NCBI GenBank assembly: GCA_013239625.1
Contig: MU053334.1
Span: forward strand, 445,190-509,189
DNA: 64,000 bases
Direction: 5' to 3'
Source: Lama guanicoe
Lineage: Eukaryota
The translations under genes and the position numbers were made by a program. This document shows positions 20,856 through 32,800 of this stretch, piece by piece. The notes under the pieces were generated by a model. The model was not told the DNA's origin, ran no database searches, and worked only from the letters and a program-made list of their open reading frames with translations. Every line of letters starts with the position of its first letter. Within the stretch, counting starts at the first letter, position 1.

Positions 20856-23447
20856 CAGGAAGCACTCCCTGATCAGCCCTGTGACTGCACTGGGAGGGGG
20901 ACCAGGAGCCCTGGGCCGAGGCTCAGAGAGGGCCATGGGGCTTCGGGCCATCCCCTCCGGCGTCCCCACCAAGAGGCCACGCCCTGCACAGCTGGGGAGG
21001 GACGCTCGGCGCCCCAGGCCGGGGGTGAGGCGGCTTCATCCAGGATACAGTCTTGAGGTGGCAGAGAAGGGCCAGCGACCTTGGGGGTCATGCGGCTGGG
21101 GCAGGCACCCCAGGACACAGAGCCCCAGAGACCGTGACCCCTGGAGGCAAGGCCAGGGCCTCCCCCTCGCTGCCCGGCTTCCCTGGGAGGCCCTGGCCCC
21201 GACAGCCCTCCTGGCACGGCTATGCTGCAGAAAGCGCCTGCCCTGTCCCAGCCAGAAGCGCTTCCCAGGCCCCAAGCTCCCGTTGTTCCCGGTGCTGACC
21301 GCCAGGCCCACAAACACCCTCCACAGTCTTTCTGCCACGTGGCTGGAGAATGGGGTCACGGCTCCCTGCAACCAAGCCGCCGTCCCCACACCATTAGCGG
21401 TGGGCATTTTCCATCCCCAGGCCCCTTGGGGTCCGCAGGTCTATTTAACCAGGAGCTGGGGAGATCAGGCTGTCGCCAGCTGGCACCAGAGGGGTCCCCC
21501 GGTAGCCAGGGGCCAGTGGTGTCCTCTCACCTTGTTACGGAAACGACAGGCCAGCCAGGAAGCAAGCACCACTCGGAGGGCTGGAGTACTCAGATGTATT
21601 ACGCCGGCGGGCTCAGAGGGGCTTCTGCTCCGAAGCTCTGAGCACCTCCAAGACGTGCACATGAGGTTTTATAGGGTTAAGTACAAGCTTGGGGTGTTTG
21701 GCCAATAGGCATGGAACAGCTTTAGCAACATCATTATCACAAAAGTAGAGGCAGTGAGGCAGCAAACCAACATTTCAAGGCCAGATATGTCTCTTTGAAA
21801 ATCCAGCTGGCCAGCAAAGCATGAACAGGGAATCAGCAAACCGACACTTACTAACTTAGATTTACGAGTTAGCCCAGCAGAAGTCAGATCAGTAATGTGA
21901 CACTTGTTACACTTAGACTTGTGACTTAGCTCGTTGGCCCAGCTGGGCTTTTCCTTCGCAACCTGGGGCCGTCCCTGGGCTGCCCCGAGGACCGGGAAGC
22001 GGCTGCTGTCTGTGAGTCAGCATCCTGGGACAGCGAATCACCTTCCTGCTTCCTGCACGGGGCGCATGGGGGGCTGGGCTGCACCTGTGCCCAGCGCACG
22101 GCCTGGGGCCGGGAGACCGCCTCCCCGCCACCGCGGCGCCGAGCTTGGCCAGACCCCTCCCCGGGGAGCCTGGGTGCTGCCCCTCTGCCGTCTGGGCCCT
22201 CTGGCGCCTGCCCACCCAACACTGCCGAACTGGCCCCTCGACGCTCTGCTTGAAGACGGAGGCCCCGGCACCGGAAACTTGCAGAGGTAGCCCCCACCCC
22301 TGCGTGACCCCTGCTTCGTGCCAGCTCTCACCAATGCTCGGGCAGGGGTCTCTGGGTGGGGGCACCCTGTACCAGGACACCGGCTTCTGTGAAATCAGGG
22401 CTCAGACAAGGCCAGCCCCCAGCAGCAGCTCTTGGCCAAACAACAAGCATCTCAAAGCCCTTTTTGGCCTGTTGGCCTGAAATGGGCCGGGCTCCAGGCC
22501 ATGGAAGTTTACCCAACACTGCTCCCATCTCTCCTACCCTCCCTTTGCGGGGCCAAGCGTTGGCATCGTTTAAAGAGCCAGACCGAGGCTCGCCGGGAGG
22601 GCAGAGGTACCAGCCGCCCCTTGGAACCCGAGGGATCTTGCTTGGTTGGATGGAGGGCTGCTGTCTCCTCTGTGGCGTCTCCCAAGGTGGCTGTGCCAGG
22701 GCGGCTTCAGCCACTGCCGGGAGCCCGTAGGTGCCTGTGGCACAGGGAGGCCCATGTCCCTGCACCGACGTGGGGACAGGTGGGTGGGATGCGGATGTGC
22801 TCCTGGTGGCCGCTGACTCCCTCTGCCACAAAGCCCCAGGTCTGGAGGTCGGACCCTGGCTCATGAGGGTGTAGCTCTGACCATCCCCAAGCCACCGTGT
22901 TTCCAGGACGCAGCACAGCCTCCTGCCTCTCAGTCCCTTCTCCACACATCTGTCTTGCAGGTCGGGCTCTCTAAGGACCCGCAAAGCCTAGGGTCGTTTT
23001 ATGTCCTCGAGCTGGAGCCACAGTTTGGCTTAAATATAAAATAAAATTCAGAGTTCTTGTCTTTCTGCACTTACAAAATACCACTCCTGGGTCCCGCAGC
23101 CAGTGCGCGCATGGAGAGGTCAGAGGCCGACCCCGTCTCTCCCCTCCTCTCTGAGGCTGCGGTGTGACGCCGGCCAGGCAATGCGGGCCAAGGGATCCGC
23201 TGCCACGGGCCGGGCCCAGGGCGCCGCGGGCACCTGCCGGGTCCCCCCACCCCCGTTTCTGTCCCTGTTGGTTCGCTCCCCTGTTCTTACGGTTCGCACC
23301 GACAGAATCCTACGTAGGAACCCCCGCCTGTGAGATTCACGCTTGTGGTGGGTGTCAGACGCTCACGCTCATTACCGAGTGGTGCTGCGAGCCGCCGCAG
23401 CTCCGCGCGCGCCCTGCTGTTGGTGGGTGTTCGGTTACTCCCAGCGC

Positions 23448-23810
23448 TGTGGGGTGAGCTGTGTCCCCCACAGACCCGTGTACTGGAGCCCGAACACCAC
23501 GCACCTCAGCCTGTGACCTTCTTTGGAAACACGGTCAGGTGGTGATTGAGTGAAAGTGAGGCCGTTGGGCTGGGCCCTGACCCTACGTGACTGGTGTTTC
23601 TAGGAAGGGGGATGTGGAGGCCGACACGCACACAGGGAGGACGGACGCCGCGCGAGGATGAAGGCAGAGAGCCAGGTGACGCCGCCGAATGCTGCGGGTG
23701 CCCAGACGGCAGCAACCCCGGAGCTGGGGGGCTCGGACAGACCCTCCCTCAGAGCCTCAAGGGAGCCAGCCTCGCTGGAACCTCGAGCTGGGGCTCCCGG
23801 CCTCCAGGAA
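23448..23810 (+). mobile_element. MLT1B/C-like LTR
   Basis: tgtgaccttctttggaaac...gactggtgtttctaggaag...ccctcagagcctc...ggcctccagg. Confidence 0.8.
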
Positions 23811-23814
23811 GGTC

Positions 23815-24120
23815 CGTGGCGTTAAGCACGTTCACACTGTTGTGTGACCAGCACACCATCATCTCCAGAACTTGTCCCTCTCCCCAAACTGACGCTCTGT
23901 CCCCATTAAACACGTGCTCCCCTCCCCCCCCCCCCCCCCCCCCACCCCCCTAGGGCCGGAATGCCCTTCCTTCTTATGGCTGAGTAGTGGCCCATCGTGT
24001 GGATGGACCGCGCTGTGTGTCCACTCACTGTGCTGTGTGGACACTCGGGCCCCCTCCACCTCTTGGCTGCTGTGAGGAGCCCCGCGTGAATGTGGGTGCG
24101 AACGCGTGAGTTCCTGCTGT
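23815..24120 (-). mobile_element. L1MB-type 3' UTR fragment with poly-C tract (~23919-23950)
   Basis: ttaagcacgttcacactgttgtg...ctccagaac...ccattaaac...ttcttatggctgagtagt. Confidence 0.82.
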
Positions 24121-24539
24121 CGGTGACCCTGGGGCTCCTCCAGGGTCTTCCTGAGGAGAAAGGAAGGCTGAGCTCCGGCCCTCAGACCCCCCAGACCAGA
24201 CCCGTCCCGGCCAGGCCCTCACCTGACCCCTGGAGAGATGGGGAGCCTCCGTGGGTTTGACCCACCTGCCCAGGTGCTTGGAGGGGAAGGCGGGGGAGAA
24301 ATTCTGAGAGCGCTGGTGCATGGCCCTGCCTGGCTACTCCACCAGGACACGCGTCTTTCCCCTTGGCTGCCGGGAAGACCGCTGCCAGCCTCTGACCTCT
24401 GACCTCACGACCCAGGAGTCTGTGGAGGGCTGAGACCAGACGGAGGCTGGAAGGCCTTCCTCCAGCCCACCTCCCCGCAGCCTCCCACGGCCCCTCCCTG
24501 CCCAGCCCTGCCCGCCCTCTCAGCACACTGGCCTGGAGC

Positions 24540-24625
24540 TCTCTCTCAGCATCTCTGTCTCTGTCTCTCCCGGTCTCTCTCATTCCCTCTATCCCTGTCT
24601 CCCTATCTCTCTGTCTCTGTCTCTC
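24540..24625. repeat. (CT/CTCTGT)n low-complexity tract
   Basis: ctctctcagcatctctgtctctgtctctcc...ctctgtctctgtctctc. Confidence 0.7.
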
Positions 24626-27339
24626 AGACCACTCCCCACTCAGGGGGCTGACCAGAGACTGCGTCATTAGACAGGGCTTACTTAAAACCCCGTAAATCTT
24701 ATAACTAAATAAGGCAGCTGGGCCAGCCCTGTGTACAAACAGGAAGCGTCCGTGCGGCCTCCGCCCCAGTGCTGGGAAAGGCAGGCAGTCCCCCAGCGTC
24801 TGGTACTTCCCCTCCAAGTGGCAGGAATCTCCTTTCAAGGTGCTCAGCGTCCTTCCAAGGTGGAAGGGGGCAGCGCTGGCGGCTGTGGGTGATTCACAGA
24901 GAAAACGGTGGACCGTGGCCTGGGAGCTTGCGGGGCAGTGAGTCTGGGGAGCCGCTGGGGGTCCCAGGCACGGTTCAGAGCAGCCAGGCACTCAGGTTCA
25001 GGCTGGATTCTGGGTCATGTTTGACGCTGGGCCCTGGCCATCCTGCTCCCACTAGGGTGTGTGCATGCGGACTGCTGCTCGGGACGCCGGCTGGCGGAGT
25101 AGCCGGTCTCTGTGGGGCAGCCACGGTTACAGGACGAGCAAGAGGAGGATCAGGTGCCTGGTCGTCACCCCGCTCGGCGTCTGACTCCAAGTCCAGGGTC
25201 TCACGTGCCAAGTCCTGTGCCCTGGACCTGCCCCTTTGGGGAGCCCTTCCTGGGGGAAAGAGGCCACGTGGCCTGTGCTGACCCTCGGGGGACGTCCGTG
25301 TGTTTTCCTAGCTTCCCTTCACTGTGTCTTTTAGAGAAAATCACGGACACTTCTCAGAGGCAAGAAGCCACCGCGTTTCCAGCCACGGGGAGCTGGCCGT
25401 CGCCCGCCAGGGCGTTGGGCCGTGGGCACGTCCACATCCACCCACGTCGGCCCTCCCTGTCCTTGCACACCTGGGTGGGATGTGTTCGGGCCGCTGGGAA
25501 TGGGGGCTTCCTTTCAACCTTGACCCCCTGCAAATTGTCCTCCCTCACCCGATGGGCCCTGCTCTGGGGCGGCTCAGCCTCACGGTTTGCCAGGCCGGGT
25601 CCGCCACCCCGGCTGCTGCCTTGGGAGCCCCTGCTGCATGGCTGCAAGGCCAGGAGGGGTGTAGACAGGAGGGCTGTACCTCGGATCGGGCCTCCCAGCT
25701 CCTGCGGGTCTGGCTGGAGGCAAGGCTGCTCGGGCCGCCGCCTGGGGCCCTGACGCGGTGACCTGACCTCGGAGGGTGCTCAGCTCGTTGGACCTGCAGT
25801 GTTCCCCATGGGGCCAGGCACAGCCAGGGCTCCATGCAGACTTGGCTGGGCCTACCAACCCTTCCCTTAGCCCTGACGCAAACCCCAGACCTCATTCTTG
25901 CAACCACCAGCTTCCCCGCGTCGCACAGTCCCGCCAACGCCGTGCTCTGTCCTTGAGGGTGGGGGAGAGGCCTGCCCTCCGAGGGCCCGCCTGCAGGCCT
26001 TGTCTTGGGAGGCCCTGGGAGGGGAGGCGTGAGGCCTGCAGGGTGGGCCAATGGCCACCCTCCTCCCGTGGGTGCCCCGAAGGCACAGAGGGGGCAACGC
26101 CCCCCACCGCCACCCGCTCCACAGGCGCCCGCTCCGGGCAGGCCAGCCCAGGCGGCATTGAAGGTGCTTGTCTGTCTCTGTCCCTCAGACCACTCCCCAC
26201 TCAGGAGGCTGTAGGACAACTGTCCTGGGCCCGGAAGCTAAGGTTCTATGCTGACTGTGCGGATCACCACCTGTTTGGCGTGAGGTCCCGGGGGGCAGGC
26301 TGTGTCCTCCCCACTCCCCCTGCGCCCTGCCCCCAGGCATGTGTTGGTGGGACAAGGAAGGAGATGTCTCCTCGGGGCAGCTGGCCAGGCACAGGCCCTC
26401 AGAAGTGGGGGCACTCAGGCAGCTTGAGGACGGCCCCACCCCGGCCTGCAGGCGGCTGTCACCCTGTCCTCCCGTGCCTCCGCCAGCACGGCTACGTGGT
26501 GGGGCCCGGAGGCGGCCTTGGAATCCTGGTGAGTGCCCTGGGCTGGTGTGCAGTGCTGTGTGAGGAGCAGCCCCGCCGCCGGGGAGCCTGGCCTCCGCTC
26601 TCGACAGGAGGCTGCTGCCCAGGTCTGGTTTGCCGAGGGAAGTGCCCACCCTGGCGTCATCGTGGACGGGTCTCTCAGAGCAGGGCATCAGGAGCCCCAG
26701 CCCAGCCTCGGCCAAGCCGGAGCCCTGGGTGCAGAGAAGTCAGGTCAAACCCGCTGCCTGGTGTTTGGCCCTTCCCTCTCCTCCCCGGGGGCGTTCCCAC
26801 GTGAAAGCTCTGGTAGACCCGGCCTTTGCTCTGTGAGCGGGGAGGGACAGGGAGGGTGCCTTCCTCTCCTGTGAATAGACCTGCCCTCCAGGGCCCCCAG
26901 CCAAGGGCTCCCAGCTCGTGGCTCAGGCTCCCCAGGGAACCGGAACCACCGCCGAGGGCGGGAAGGCATCCTGGATCAACCCCGTGGGCAGGCGCGCCGC
27001 CTTAGTCATCTGCCCTCAAGCTCCCCTTCGGGGAAGCAGCACCCCGCTAATCCCCGCTGCCGCGGCCACAAGGCCCCGGGGGCAGGGCCTCTCTGCCGCG
27101 TGTGCCCGCCGGGGCCCCCGCCCCGGGCGGCCGCTTGGTCGGTCAGGAGGCTTCGGGCAGACGCGGTGGTACACGTCCACCGGGGCCAGGCTGCGTGAGC
27201 TCTGCCGGGCCCAGGGCCAGGGGCCCAGGGCCTCCTTCCCTTCTCCCTCAGTCCCTCCTGTCCTCGGCCAGGGGGGTGCTGCGGCCTCGCCTTTCGTGGG
27301 CGAGGCTGCCCTGGAAGCGCTGGTTTATCTTTAACACTA

Positions 27340-27780
27340 CTATTTTTAATTGCGGTAAAATGTACAGGACGTGCAAGCTGCCATCTGGGCCGCTTGTGAG
27401 AGCAGGTCTGGTAGCACTGAGCACTCTGCCGTGCGGCCGCCCCCAGGACTCGGCCCCTTCCCAGACTGGCCGGGCCCCAGCACGCACGCAGCCCCGCCCC
27501 GGCCCGGCCCTCTCCCGGCTTCCGGCCTCCATGGGTGTGGCCCCTCGGGACCACACCGAGTGGAGCGCTCCAGGATGCCCTTCGGCGTCGGCTGACTGCA
27601 CTGAGCGCCACGCCCCCAGGGCCATCCGTGTTGTAGCCGTGCCGGGACGTGCCCCCTCTGAAGGCTGGGTCACATCCCGCTGTGGGGAAGGTCCGCATTC
27701 TGTGCGCCCGCTGGGTTGCCTCCGCCTCCTGGTGACTGAGTAACGCTGCTGTGAACACAGGTGTGCAGGGGGCTGACTTC
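27340..27780 (-). mobile_element. L1MB-type 3' UTR, strongly GC-shifted
   Basis: tttttaattgcggtaaaat...ccatccgtgttgtagc...taacgctgctgtgaacacaggtgtgca. Confidence 0.75.
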
Positions 27781-29439
27781 TGAGGCCACACACGAACAGG
27801 AAAGTCCCACTGCAGCCGGCCCGCCCCCCTACATGTGCTGCGTCCCCGCAGGGGGGGCCCAGCTGGAGCTGACTGGGGGTGGGAGACCCTGCCCCTGCCA
27901 CGTGCTCACCCCTGGAGGTGTCCCCTCGCCAGAAGCTGCCACGGAAGTGGGGCACGGCCACTTGCAGAGGGTCAAGTCCCCGAGATGTCTTGCCGGTTTG
28001 GGGAGAGGGTCCAGGGACCCCTGCCCTGTGAAGGTGCCGCTGTCAGGCACAGCAGCCCCGTCTGCCGAGGGTTTGGGGACGGGTTTGGGGGCCCCGAGAA
28101 CCCTGAGATCTGCTCTCAGGTCAGCAGGGGGCCTCGGCCTGATTCCGGGCAAGGAGAGCAGGGGGGCCACAGGCGGCCGAGGCCCAGAGCTGCCCAGAGG
28201 GTGAGGGGCCACGTGCAAGTCTCTGCGTCCCCAGAGCTCACCGTCTGCCCAGCTGGGGTGGGGAGACGCCCCTGCCCTCTCTCTGGCCCCCGCATCCTCC
28301 AGCCCCCAGCTGGCCGACCCCACCCCGGGAGCTCAAATCTCAGCTCTAACCCTCCAGGTCATCCTCAGTTTCCACAAAACCGGCTAGTGGGGTTGATGAG
28401 GAAGTTCGAGTCCTGCTGGACACTTCCCCTCTGCTTGTCCTTGGGTTGGAATTCCCCCAATCTTGAGCAGAGATGCCCAGGTGAGGGGGCAGAGGGGCTG
28501 GTGAGGCCTGCAGGGGCTGCTTGGTGCAGATGAGAGGAGCAGGCCACGTCCCCTCCGGTCTCTGCCTCTGACCGTGCCCCACTGGGCTGGGCTGGTGGTG
28601 TCCTCACGGCTTCCTGGAGGACAGCCAGGACATACCTGCCCCTGGGAGGGGGTCCCATCTGCTCCAGGGATGGAGAACTCACCTGCCCAGGCACAGAGGG
28701 TACACTTATCCCAGGGATGGGGGACCCACCTGCCCCAGGGACAGAGGACGTCACAGCCCTGGAGACCCAAAGTTGCTGTATTGGAGCGGAGGTGTGAGCC
28801 CCTGCTCTCTGGCCCCGTGGGGTCTGGAACTTGGGCTCGAGCCTCCTGAGAACTCAGCTGGGCTGGGGTCCCCACTACCCCCAGGGCTGGCCCCACATCC
28901 CCCCTTCACACTGCTGCCACTGCCTGTGGACAGCCTGTCCCCCGAATCTCAGTGAGCTCCAAAGGGCTGGGACCTCTTCAGCCCCAGGAGGGCCTCGTGG
29001 ACACCGTGGAAGGAACGAGCAAGTGGCGGTGAGCGCAGGTGAGCGCGTGGGCCTGACCAGCAGGAGAACTGGGCGCAGGAGCACAGCCTGGTTTCCTGTG
29101 GGGCCTCCGGTGGGAGGCGGCCTGTCAGCCACGGGGGCTGCGGCAGGAGCATCTCGGGCTCTGCCCGGCCACGCCTGCCGGCCCCCAGCGATGCGGCCCC
29201 CCTGGTGCTGCCCTGTGGTCACGCACGTTGGCTGCAATGAGGGGGGCAGCAGGGCTGGGGGACCATGGCTGGTTTCCTCGCTGTGTGGCCTTCTGTGGCT
29301 TGTCCCCTGTTAGGGGGCCTGTCGCTGCTTCGCTCAGGCCACGACCCTCCGGGGCCTGTGTGCCTGGTGGACGTGTGAGCATCCCCGAGGGGCGGGGGCC
29401 CAGGGGAGCCACGGATACCCTCCCGGAGGTGCGTGGCAG

Positions 29440-29828
29440 TGCCCTGGCCACTGTAACCAACGACTACAGGCCAGGGGCGAAAAAAACCACAGGATGTCTC
29501 TGGCAGGAGCCAGAGTAACAGTTGCTCCTGCCTGTCTCCCAGCCCAGGGGCTCTGACGTTGCTGGGCTCATGGCCGCGTCCCTCCCATCTCTGCCCCTGT
29601 CTTGACGGCTGTGCCCCCTGTGTGGTCTCTGCTTCTAAATCTCACCCTCTGTCTCTCACCAGGACCCTCACCATTGGCGTCGGGACCCAGCAGGGACCCC
29701 ACATGACGGCCCCTGGGGACACTTGACTTGGTAACAGCTGTGGAGACTCCTTTCCCAAACACACAGCAGTCGTGGCTTCTGGGGCCGGGGTGTGGGCAGG
29801 ACTTTGGGGCCACCATTCACCCGGCTTC
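29440..29828 (-). mobile_element. MLT1C-like LTR
   Basis: ctgtaaccaac...atctctgcccctgtc...tttcccaaac...ggggccaccattcacc. Confidence 0.7.
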
Positions 29829-32800
29829 ACCTCCTCCAGTCCTCGAGGCTGCCGAGGACTCACAGCTCAGACAGAACCGTGCCGGGGCAGACAGGGCGCG
29901 TTGCCTATCCACCCAGGGACGGGATGGGAGGGAGCGCCGCCTGGAGCTCGGCCTCTCGGACAGCCAGGCCCGCGCAGGCAGCTCACACCGATGACCCGCA
30001 GGCTCTGCTCCGAGCGGTTCAGGGTACCGCCCGCCAGTGCCCGGTGCCATGGGGCGCCCTGGACTCCCAGGTGAGGGCTCTCGGGCTCCCCAAGGCTGCC
30101 GTGTGATGAAAGCAGAGGCTGGTCCCGAGCTGGGCCCTGCCCTGTGCCTGACTCAGGCGGAAACGCCACCCTGGGAGAGCGCCCCACACGGGCTGGTGTG
30201 GACGGAGGCCCCTCCGAGGGCCAGACCCCACCAGGCCACTGTCGAAGCTTCCCAGGCCCTGCCCCTCGGGGATGAAGCCCCGGCTGGTGGGTGTTGAGCT
30301 GGGGCAGGCCCTTCAAGCCCTGGAGCCTCTGCTCCTGCCCCCTCCCCTCCGGGCACGCCCAGGCTCAGGGACGTCACCTGTGGACACACGTGAGAAGGAC
30401 TCGGTGAGCCGTGTTATCGTCCAAGGCTCTGCCCGGGGGACTGTGGGCCCCACGTGCTCCATGGCCAGTCACATCTGTCGTCTGAGGTCTGGCCGCCCTG
30501 GGGTGTGTGCGGGGCAGGTGGGGCTCTGGGAGCACCTCTGGGCTGAGCTGCGAGGCCGCCCGCGCCCAGGAGCTCTGGCACTAGGCGGCCTTGGGGACTT
30601 TGAGCTGGGACGTGGGAATGTGGAGCTGCCTGGGGTGGGGGGCACTGCAGCCTTGGGCCAGAAGGCTGTCTGAGTGGGCGGTTCCCAGGGAGGGTCAGTG
30701 AGGCCATGCAGCCAACGCTCCCAGTGGCTGGAGGCCAGGAGACAGCACATGTCCCAAGTGACACCCCATCAGCCTCCCACGCAGGCAGGCCTCCTGGGGG
30801 CCACGGAGATCCACCTTCTCATCGTCCTCTCTTGTCCACTGGCACGTAACCGTCGGGTGTGGCCCTGCTGCCCCTCGAACCACGTCCTGCCCCACTGTCC
30901 TGCTGTGCCCCTCGGGAGGGGTGGGCCTCAGCCTCCCGTCTCCTCCATGCTGCAGGCAGCCCCTACTGCCCTTTCTCTGGGGGCCCAGTGCTCGCAGTCA
31001 GGCCCGGCCAGGTGGAGGGGACGGCTCAGGTGCACCTGCCCCGACGCTCTGCCTGTGCAGCCGGGGCCTGAGGCCGGAGTCGCCCCGCGACCGCGCCCTG
31101 CCCAGAGCTGCCCGATGGGGAGGGTGCAAGCCCAGGGTGTGTGGACACCGTCCAGCCACCCAAGTCGGGCTGTCCCAAGCCTTCCTACCCACAGATGGGG
31201 GCCCCCCGGCCTGGGGCTTGGCCACTGCATGGACGGAGGTCACTTCCTGGCCCAGCTTCCTGCAGGTGGGCATGGCTCCAAGGTGACCCCTGCAGGTGTA
31301 GGGCACAAGGGAGGTGGCGGAGGGGAGCTCTAGTTTTTGCAGGGCAGGACAGCCGAGCCGGGGCGGTGGCCTCCCCTTGGGTGTGGTCTGGCCGGCCCTG
31401 CAGGTAAGCAGATTAGCGCTGTCCGCACAGCTGTGTGAAATCAGCCTTACAGGCGGGACTGTTGTCTCAGGCGAGGCGGGGCGGAGGGCGTTCCCAGCTC
31501 CCGCCCCACAGCCGGGGGTCTGAGAGACTGGATCAGGGTCCTTTCCACTTGCCTGCTGGCCACTGCACCCGGGAGGGCCAGGTGTGGGGGACAGCCGGGC
31601 GTCCGCTGCTGGGCGCTCTGGCCTGGTCTCCTGAGCGTCTGTGTGTGGGGCTGTGGGGCGGGGGCGGCCCTGGCAGGCTCAGGCGCCCGGGGGGAGGGTC
31701 CTCGGGCATCAGCTGGGCAGTGTCTGCAGTGGTGCTGGGGGCCCAAGAGTGCCCACAAGCCATCTGGCTCGGTTCTCGAGAGGGAAACAGTCAGGCTCTC
31801 GGCTGCGGCATTTGAGGCCCCCAGCTGGTGGCTTCGGTCTTTACAGTCAGAGCTTAGGTTACCCCGCAGGGCTGGGCACCTCACAGCATGGGAAATGGAA
31901 CAAACCCAGCGAGGAGACCGGGTGAGAGACTCACATGCGGGGAATCAGGCCGAGCCAGGCCGGTGGCTGGACCGTCGTGCCGCTCAGGCGGGCCCTGCTC
32001 ATGGGCGGCGGGGGGCGGCACCCAGGTTTCTGTCCGCTCTGTCTGGGCGTGCGATGTGGGGCTGTGGAGAGCGGGAGGCAGCCAGGCCGGCTCGGAGGGC
32101 CCAGGGGCCGGCTGCCTGGGAGAGGGGCCGAGCCCTGGAGGGTTTGGAGAAGAGGAAACTGGGGAGCGGGAAGAGGAGGCCGGGGTGGGCGCAGACCCAC
32201 AGCTGCTGGGGCCCTGATGGCCTCCTGCACCCAGCCTCATCCCGGCTTGTCCGAGGCCCACTGGGCCAGTCTCCCACGTCCTCGCCCCCAGATGTCCTTT
32301 TCTGACTCTGCCCCCGGACCCCTGCCCACTCCCAGCCCCATGTCCACATGCTGAAGACCCGCCCTGTGTCTGAGGCTCGCTGGACACAGCCTCCACGAAG
32401 CCCTCATGTGTCCTCACAGGCAGGGAGCCCCCGAGTCTGTCCTCGCCCCGCCCCGCCCCTTGTCCACAGATGGGGCAACAGGCTCTGAGGTCAGGCTCCC
32501 GGGTCAGGCCCTCCGGCTGAGCCCCGAGCCGCCGTGCGTCCCAGGAGCCTGATGGGGCCACCTGCCTCCCTAGGAGGGCGGGCCTGGGGCCTGGGGCTGG
32601 CCCGGAGCCAGAGTTGGGTCTCCAGCAAGAGAGAAAAGCAAACACCCCTTTTTCTGCAGCCTTGGCTTCTGCTTGAGGGGCTCCGGGGACAGAAGCCAGG
32701 TGGGCTGGGGAGCCTGCGGTCTAGACAAGCCCCTCCTGCGGGCAGTGGGGGAGCGCAGAGGCACAGAGGCTGTGGGAGCCTGGAATCTGCTTAGGGGCCA

